Assembly: GCA_963845565.1 (NCBI GenBank)
Contig: CAWJSJ010000002.1
Coordinates: forward strand, 992,001-1,056,000
DNA length: 64,000 bases
Direction of reading: 5' to 3'
DNA from: an uncultured Methylomirabilota bacterium
GTDB lineage: Bacteria; Methylomirabilota; Methylomirabilia; Methylomirabilales; 2-02-FULL-66-22
The stretch's first letter is position 1. Each line of letters starts with the position of its first letter. Shown one piece after another: positions 56,804 to 64,000 of the stretch. The position numbers and the translations under genes are program-made. Below the pieces are notes generated by a model, which saw only the letters and a program-made list of their open reading frames with translations, had not been told where the DNA came from and did not search any database.

Positions 56804-57343
56804 ATGGGTGCGAATCATCTCAACCCTGTCGTCGATTTCTTGAGAAAAGCCAGCGATGTTGCCGACAGGATCGCGCTGGTGCTGGTGACAGTATATATAT
56901 CCATTGTAACCTTCCTGGCCTTGCTCGGAATCACTTATCGATTGCTGGGGAACTCCCTCTCCTGGGCGGAGGAACTGTCCCGCTGGTTTCTCATCGGGAT
57001 TGCCTTCGTCGGCGCCAGCGTGGTGCTTAAAAGGGGCGCGCATGTCGGCGTGGTCTTTTTTCTGAAATGCCTGAAAAGCACGGCATTGATCAAATATATT
57101 ACGGTCATCGCCAATGTGCTTGTGCTGGTGTCGCTGGCGTACTTCTTCTGGTTCGGATTGCTGGCGGCCCTCGGCTCTTTCAGGCAGATGGGAGGCATCA
57201 TCCAGGTTCCCATGGCGTATGTGAAATTCAACCTGCCGCTGGGTTGTTTTTTCATGATCGTTCACATGCTTTACTATATCGTCGGCGCCGCGACCGCGAA
57301 AAACGGCGTTGAGGAGTATATCCTGAGCAGAAGCGAAGAGTAG
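56804..57343 (+). CDS. dctQ: TRAP transporter small permease
   Basis: SWAEELSRW..FVGAS...HVGV; four TM segments. Confidence 0.9.
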   Translation: MGANHLNPVVDFLRKASDVADRIALVLVTVYISIVTFLALLGITYRLLGNSLSWAEELSRWFLIGIAFVGASVVLKRGAHVGVVFFLKCLKSTALIKYITVIANVLVLVSLAYFFWFGLLAALGSFRQMGGIIQVPMAYVKFNLPLGCFFMIVHMLYYIVGAATAKNGVEEYILSRSEE

Positions 57344-57351
57344 GAGAAAAG

Positions 57352-58642
57352 ATGGTATTGACCTATATTGGAATCACCTTTGTAGTAACGATGCTCATGG
57401 GCGTGCCGATCGCCTTCATACTGGGACTCATCCCACTGGGCTACCTGGTTTTCTTCAGCAACATTCCGTTGACCGTAATCGGCCAGACGCTGTTTAACGG
57501 GGCCGACAGCTACATTCTGCTGGCGATCCCGTTTTTCATATCTGCTTCGATTTTGATGAACCGTACCGGCATTACCCGGGACCTGATCAATTTTGCCAAT
57601 CTGATCGTCGGCAGACTCCCGGGAAGCCTGTCCCAGGTCAATATCATATCCAGCATGATCTTCGCCGGTATCACCGGGGCCGCGGTGGCGGATGCGGCTG
57701 CAATCGGCGGCATTCTCATCCCGGCCATGAAGGAAGAAGGATATACGCCTTCGTACAGCGCCGCGTTGACGGTTGCCGCTTCCATCATGGGACCGATTAT
57801 CCCGCCCAGTATCATCATGGTGATTTACGGGTCCATCACGGGAGACTCGATCGGGGCGCTCTTCATGGCGGGTTTCATGCCGGGCATCATGATCGCCGTC
57901 TCGCTGATGATCGTGGCAATCTATTATGCGATTAAAGACAAGCATCCCCGACGTACGACAGGCTACACGCTGAAGGAGTCCGTCAGCATCATCCGAAACG
58001 CGCTGTTGGCCCTGATGATGCCGGTGATCATTGTCGGGGGGATTCTCAGCGGACAATTCACGCCGACCGAGGCGGCCGCCATCGCCTGTGCGTATGCGTT
58101 CATTGTCGGCTTCTTCATTTACAAGCAGCTTACCCTAAGGGACCTGATCGACAGTCTCAAGGAGGGCGCCATCACTTCCGGAGCAATTCTGTTGATTATT
58201 GCTGCGGCGAGAGCTGTTCGGTCTCATGATGTCGATCGAAGCCCTGCCGCAGCAGATCGCGGAAGTGTTCATGACCATTTCCACCGATAAATACGTTTTT
58301 CTGCTGATCGTGAACATTTTCCTGCTGTTTATGGGAATGATCATGGAAACAGGCGCCAATGTCATTCTGCTTGCGCCGATTCTGATTCCCATCGCCATTC
58401 AATATGGGATTCATCCCCTGCATTTTGCGCTGGTTGTATTGGTGAACGTAAACATCGGACTCGCGACCCCGCCCTTGGGCGTCTGTCTCTTCGTGGTTGC
58501 GCCCATTGCCAAGACCTCTTTTGAAAATGTTGTTTCCAAGATATTTCCTTTCTTGGTGGCGGAGATAACCGTACTGTTCTTAATAACGTATATTCCGGAG
58601 CTGATTCTGTTTGTGCCGCGGATGTTCGGCTTCGCGGTATAG
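57352..58642 (+). CDS. dctM: TRAP transporter large permease; one frameshift near 58210
   Basis: LLAIPFF, GITGAAVAD, IIPPSI, FTPTEAA; continues in ORF 58199..58642 (GIHPLHF, TPPLG). Confidence 0.9.
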
Positions 58643-59045
58643 CCCTAATTGACAGATGCCAAGTGATCCGTGACACCCAGATGTTGTTCTGCCCACGATC
58701 CTTCGAGACAAACGAGCTCAGAAATGAACGAGTGCCTCCATGGGTGGGAAGAAAACTAGGGGACGTTGGCAATTACAGCAAACAGTGATCCGCGATCAAG
58801 TCCCCGCCCCAGTTGCCATGCTTTCCGCGGTTTGTCCTGTGTCGCATACCGAGCGAATTTGTAATCGTAATAGGGGACGCTCCCACCTTCGTCACCTTGT
58901 TGCTTGGTGGTTGTCACCTCGGACGTTGCCATGTTCATCACCTTAAGTGAGATTCTATCGAACAGACCGCACCCGCACGTCGAAACACCTTTCAAGCGAT
59001 TCCTGACGCGGAGCCAAGGAGAATCGGCGCTCTGTGCCCACATTG

Positions 59046-60683
59046 CTACCGCCTTGAAAAGAAGTCCGCGCTGTTCTTCCGCAGGAGGACGATTGCGAAC
59101 GACACGTAGAGAAGCAAGCCCAGGACGACGTAGCCTCGAGGATAATACTGCGCGTGAAACGCGGTCAGAATGCCGAATGCGCCCCAGCCAAGGTAGAACC
59201 ATCTGGCCCATCCGACCCCGCGGAGCAAGAGCACGCCAGTCACAAAAGCCACGAAGATTGATGCATATGCAAATACGATCATGCCAAACACATTGAACGG
59301 CCATACGTTCATGACGGAGCGCATCCACTGCGCATCCATCATTCCGGAGAAGGTGACCGGCATCACACTGGTGCTCACCATGGAAAGGGCATAGTTCCTG
59401 AAGATGCCACGCGTCAGAATGAGCGCGAGCCGGATCGCCGACGATACAATCAGGGCCCACCCGAGAACCGTCACCCCGATCGGTCTCGTTCTGATGACGG
59501 GCGGAGCGACCGTATCGGCGTTCACGGCCCGCCTGTCTTCCGCACCGAGGGCAAAGAAGAAGCCGATCGGCATCGTGAGCAAGGCGAGGATCCCGATGCC
59601 CGGCCGCCGCTTCTGGATACCCGTTGCCAGTCCGGCGAGCCCAATGAGGACGGGAAGCCCATAAAGCAGCGCGTGCCCCACCAGTTCGCTGGTGTCCGTC
59701 CCCACGGCGTGATGAAAAGCCACCCACATCGAGTGGCCAAAGAGGATCGACCCGAGAAAGGCCACATACAGACAGATCAGCGCCAAGCCGACCTTCGCGC
59801 CGCCAACCATGCGCCGCCTGCCCGCGCGAGCCCCGTCGGACACCGTGTGTGTCCCCAACTCGCCGTTACCAATGGCGGTCGCGTCCGTTCCGTGCGCTCC
59901 CTCCGATGCCGCACCGGCCACGACTCCCTCGGACTGGATTCCGCGAGGCACCACAGCCCGCGGCCTGCGCTTCAGGCCCCCGAGTCCGGCGACCACCACG
60001 GACACCCCGAGAATCGCCCAGAGCACGGTGTAGTCCTGATGGTACGTGATGTCGGCCAGTACTTTCGACCGGAGCGCAAAATACCCCCCTCCCGCACTCG
60101 CACATCCCCACATGAGACCCCGTACAACACTCCACGTCCACTGGCGCGCGCGGACCTTGCGACTGACGTAATGGAGCCCACATCCAAGAATGGACAAGGG
60201 GACAACCAGGATGCCAGTCAAGAGTCCGAGTATGGCCAGGTGGCTGAGGCCGGATCGTGGATCGAAGCCGGACAGATTACGTAAGGGATTATGCGGCCCT
60301 GACACGTTGGGCAAGAAGTCGCAGGCAAGTGGAATGAGGAAGAGCAGCCACGGAGTCCCCATCGCCTCGACGAAGGACCTGCCGAACAGGGCCACGAGCA
60401 TGACGCAGAGGGGGATGACCATCAACATGGACACCACCGCGACGACGTGCCGCTCGACCGTCCGCACGTCCTGCAGGACCGCAAGACCCCCGAGAGCTAG
60501 CGTCATGAACGCCAGCCCCGCCGGGGAGACTGTGCGGATCACCCGCCCCACCCAGGTCGTCGGAGGCGCGAAACGGGCGACGACAATCCTCCCCACGAAA
60601 AGCATCAACCCCGTGCCCAAGACGAAATACGCCGTTGGCATGTTGGCTCCCATGAGATTGTGCAGTTTGAGGGGACGCTGCAT
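59046..60683 (-). CDS. polytopic membrane protein of unknown function
   Basis: 545-aa ORF with many hydrophobic segments; C-terminal RPIGVTVLG...LLRGVGWAR module. Confidence 0.65.
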   Translation of the reverse strand: MQRPLKLHNLMGANMPTAYFVLGTGLMLFVGRIVVARFAPPTTWVGRVIRTVSPAGLAFMTLALGGLAVLQDVRTVERHVVAVVSMLMVIPLCVMLVALFGRSFVEAMGTPWLLFLIPLACDFLPNVSGPHNPLRNLSGFDPRSGLSHLAILGLLTGILVVPLSILGCGLHYVSRKVRARQWTWSVVRGLMWGCASAGGGYFALRSKVLADITYHQDYTVLWAILGVSVVVAGLGGLKRRPRAVVPRGIQSEGVVAGAASEGAHGTDATAIGNGELGTHTVSDGARAGRRRMVGGAKVGLALICLYVAFLGSILFGHSMWVAFHHAVGTDTSELVGHALLYGLPVLIGLAGLATGIQKRRPGIGILALLTMPIGFFFALGAEDRRAVNADTVAPPVIRTRPIGVTVLGWALIVSSAIRLALILTRGIFRNYALSMVSTSVMPVTFSGMMDAQWMRSVMNVWPFNVFGMIVFAYASIFVAFVTGVLLLRGVGWARWFYLGWGAFGILTAFHAQYYPRGYVVLGLLLYVSFAIVLLRKNSADFFSRR

Positions 60684-60749
60684 TATTCGAATAACAGTCG
60701 CCCTCCTGGCCGGCGCTTGGCTGGCCTACGCTGTGGCCCCGGGATGGGA

Positions 60750-63582
60750 TCATCCGGTGGAGCGCATGGCGGTGGCGATGCCGTTGATGGTGAGGTGGAG
60801 CGGCCGGCGCAGGGCGGCCATGGTCTCGGCGTTCGCCTCCGCCCCGTCCGGTCCCTGCAGCGCGCGCATCCGCCGGAGCAGGCTCACCTGGATGTAGGAG
60901 AGCGGGTCCACGTAGGGATTCCGCAGGCGCAGCGACCGCTGGAGGCCCGGGTCGTTGTCCAGGAGCTCCACCTGTTCGGTGATGCCCAGGAGCACCTCGC
61001 GGCAGGTCTCGTACTCGGACCGGATGCGCTCGAAGATCCGGGCGCCCACGGCGGGATCCTGTACCAGGGACGCGTACCGGTGGGCGATCCCCATGTCCGC
61101 CTTTTCCATGGTCATCTGGGCATTCTCGATCACCCGGGTGAAGAACGGCCATTGGCGGTACATGGTGCGCAAGAGCGACAGGTGTTCCGCGGGATTCTCC
61201 GACAGGAAGCTCTTGAGGGCCGTGCCCATGCCGTACCAGCCGGGGAGGTAGTGGCGACTCTGGACCCAGGCGAACACCCACGGAATCGCCCGCAGGTCCT
61301 CGAAGCCGCTTGTACCATGCCGCCGAGCGGGCCGCGACGCGATATTCAGCCGACTGATCTCCTGGACCGGGGTCGCCTCCTCGAAGTACTGGAACGCGTC
61401 GGGGTCCTCGACCACCAGCGCCCGGTAGGCCCGGTGCGCCCGGTCGGAGATATCGGCCATCACGGCGGGCCAGGCGGGAGCGACGGCGGACGCCTCGTAC
61501 GCGCCGGTGCTGGTCTCCAGGACCGATGACGCGACCAGCTCCAGATTGCGCATCGCCACCTGGGCATCCCCGTACTTGTAGTGGATCATCTCCCCCTGTT
61601 CGGTGATCTTGATCTTCCCGCCCACGCTCCCGCGCGGCTGGGCGTGGATCGCCTCGTGCATGGGTCCGCCGCCGCGGCCCACCGTCCCGCCCCGGCCGTG
61701 GAAGATCCGGAGCTTCACGCCCTGCGACTGGGCCGACGCCGCCAGCCCCTGCTGTGCCACGTACAGCTCCCAGTTCGAGGTGAGGTAGCCGCCGTCCTTG
61801 CTGCTGTCGGAGTATCCCAGCATCACCTCCTGAATCCCCCCGCGGCCTGCGAGATGCGCCCGATACGCCCGATTGGCGTACAGCGCGTCCATGATGTGCG
61901 GGGCGGCGCGGAGGACGTGGATCTTCTCGAAGAGGGGCACCAGATCCAGCCGACTTTCGACCCCGCCGGTCTCCCGTGTGACGAGGCCGGCCTCCTTGGC
62001 CAGCAGCAGGGCCGCCAGGACGTCGCTGGGCTGCTCGGTCATGCTGATGATGAAGGCGGTGACTGCCGCGGGCGCCACCTCGGTCTGGGCACGTCGGATG
62101 ATCCGAAAGAGCTCGATGGTGTCCGTGGTGGTCGCGCTCCACCGGGCAAACGGCGGAATCAAGGGGCGCGGCGTCTCCAGCTCGCGCGTGAGGAGCGCTT
62201 GCCGTTCCGATTCGTCGAGCGAGCGGAGATCCCGGTCCGTCAGGCCGACCGCCAGCGCAATCTCCGCGACGGTCGCGCGGAGCGCCGCGGCATCCTGCCG
62301 GATGTCGAGGGGCGCCAGATGGAAGCCGAAGACGCTGACCTGGTCCATCATGGCCTGGACGATCCCCTCCGCGAGGCGTGCGCCGCGGTTGGCGGCGAGG
62401 CTCCCATGGATCAGGGCCAGGTCGGCCAGGAGTTCCGCGGCCTGGGCGTACGGCCACGCGTCCCCGGCAGGGCCGGGCGTTCCGGCGAGCCGCGCGTTGG
62501 CGAGCCGCGACGCGTCCAGCCGCCGGCCCATGCAGCGCAGCTTGCGCCGATACCACTCGGACTCGTTCCGCGAGTCCGCCCGCGCCTCCATCAGGCCGAG
62601 TCGCGCCTCGTCGGCTTCCACCGACGCACGCAAGTCTTCCTCCACCCCGACCTGTCCTTGCGACTGGCTGAGCGCCGCACCGAGGCGCTCGACCCCGGCT
62701 CGGTGCTTCCGCAACGCGAGATCCTTGTGCAGCCGCAGCGTCTCCCAGGTGGTCTCCAGCGTGACGTGGGGATTCCCGTCCCGATCGCCCCCGATCCACG
62801 AGCCGAGCCGGAAGAAGGGGGGGATGCGAAACGTCGTCTCGGGGTAATGTCTCCGCAGGGCATGTCGCAGATCGCGATAGATCCGGGGCAGCACCTCCCA
62901 CAGGACTTCGTCGAAGTAGAACAGGCCGTTGCGGACCTCGTCCTGGACCGTCGGCGGCCGGCGCCGGACTTCATCGCTCTGCCAGATGGCGGTGATGTCC
63001 GCGAGGATGTCGTCCTCCAGCCATCTCCTGCTCCCGAACCGTCAGGAGCTGCTGGTCCAGGGCGGCCAGGTGTCCGGAGATCCGCTGGGTCTTCTCCAGA
63101 ATGCTCCGCCGCTTGGCTTCCGTCGGATGCGCGGTGAGGACCAGCGTGATGTCCAAGGTGTGAAGCAGCGCCTGGAGATCCTGGGCGGCGACGCCGGCGC
63201 GGCGGCAGTGCGCCACCGCATGGTCGAGCGACCCGGGCCGGGAACCAGCCGGAGCCGCGAGCTCGTCCTGCCGGAGCTTTCGGGTCTCGTGAATCTGCTC
63301 GGCCACGTTGACGAGCTGCAGGAAGGTGGTAAATGCCCGGATGATCTGGCTGGAGGTCGGCAGGTCGAGACCCTCGGTCAGGCAGGCCATCTCCGCCTCC
63401 CGTTCCAGGGAAAAGGTCTGCCGGAGGTCCTTGCTCAGATTCCGGATCCGTTCTTCCGTCTCGAACAGCGCGCTGCCCGCTTGCTCCCGGATGACGTTCC
63501 CCAGGAGATTCCCAAGGCGGCGAATGTCGCCGCGCAGTGGGGCATCCCCGGCGGAAGGGTCTCGCAACGTATTCTCAGACAT
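60750..63582 (-). CDS. ppc: phosphoenolpyruvate carboxylase (bacterial type); one frameshift near 63020
   Basis: VLTAHPTE, GSWIGGDRDGNP, QEVMLGYSDSSKDGG, FHGRGGTVGRGGGP, LRAIPW, RNPY. Confidence 0.93.
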
Positions 63583-63762
63583 GGTGCTCCCCGTGTTCCG
63601 GAGTCATTCGGGATGAGACGAGTCGTGCGCGTCGTGCAGGACGGTCATGCGGGGCGTTGAAAGAGTCTCACTTATGCGCCTTCTCACCGGTGACGCCGGT
63701 GGCAGGTCCACAATGCGCCACGGTCTCCCTTCCTGACTCGCGTTTCTCCGCCCTGTCGCGCT

Positions 63763-64000
63763 TCACCGGAACCGGTACATGTTGCGCGCAACGTCGTAAT
63801 GCAGCCGCCGCTCGGCGGCCGCGCCGTTGAACGCCTCGTCGAAGAACCGGCGGATGCGCTCGTTCTTCAGGACTGCGCCCTCGAAATAGGCATGCGAGTC
63901 GCCTACGTGTGCTTCTGTTGTGAAGTCAACGTACACCGCGCGCTGGGAGGTGAGTAGATACGGGTAGTGCCCAAGGCGCACCTTCTGTTCTTCGCCCATT
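63763..64000 (-). CDS. C-terminal end of a hypothetical protein running off the window
   Basis: Open frame ...HYPYLLTSQRAVYVDF...NMYRFR*. Confidence 0.5.
   Translation of the reverse strand, partial: MGEEQKVRLGHYPYLLTSQRAVYVDFTTEAHVGDSHAYFEGAVLKNERIRRFFDEAFNGAAAERRLHYDVARNMYRFR

Noticed and set aside
55373..58782. GTTGG(G)CA(G/A)TTACAGC at ~55380 and ~58766 as ends of a TRAP-carrying element
   Set aside because: The match is short, imperfect and in direct orientation, with no target duplication visible, so it could be chance.
60750..60770. ppc C-terminus RSTG instead of the usual RNTG
   Set aside because: It is a single conservative change and all other catalytic motifs are intact, which is not enough to claim altered function.
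50960..63030. Programmed frameshifting in the UroD-like gene, DUF2284, dctM and ppc
   Set aside because: No slippery heptamers were seen at the shift points. Single indels in otherwise intact genes fit sequencing error better.

Overview
High-GC bacterial window, probably from a metagenome or long-read assembly. Its gene content and repeat style resemble Methylomirabilota/Rokubacteria-like genomes, but that is an impression, not a tested assignment. Left to right it contains: a truncated, frameshifted beta-repeat surface protein; a heavily frameshifted oligopeptide ABC operon; an amino-acid/cyclic-amide catabolic cluster (two atypical M20 hydrolases, a phosphotriesterase-like enzyme, a polar ABC transporter, an amidohydrolase, a triple-fused opine/hydroxyproline-type dehydrogenase and a DapA-family enzyme); sugar-acid genes; a NitT/TauT ABC transporter; ilvBN; srkA; a yybP-ykoY riboswitch operon (two Zn-ribbon proteins plus TerC/YjbE); a Tat-exported PaoABC-like molybdoenzyme; and an orphan DpgC. 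An accessory region at about 44.7-55.3 kb follows. There, two non-coding repeat families alternate three times in the same orientation: a ~200-nt structured RNA-like motif with its own sigma70 promoter, and an att/arm-like repeat. Between them lie a papain-like(Cys->Ser)-KAP NTPase locus, two toxin-antitoxin modules and an AAA-DUF4143 ATPase. The window ends with a lower-GC TRAP operon, a polytopic membrane protein and ppc. A family of TTA-flanked mini inverted-repeat elements repeatedly sits on stop codons. No rRNA, intact tRNA, CRISPR array, integrase or transposase was seen.
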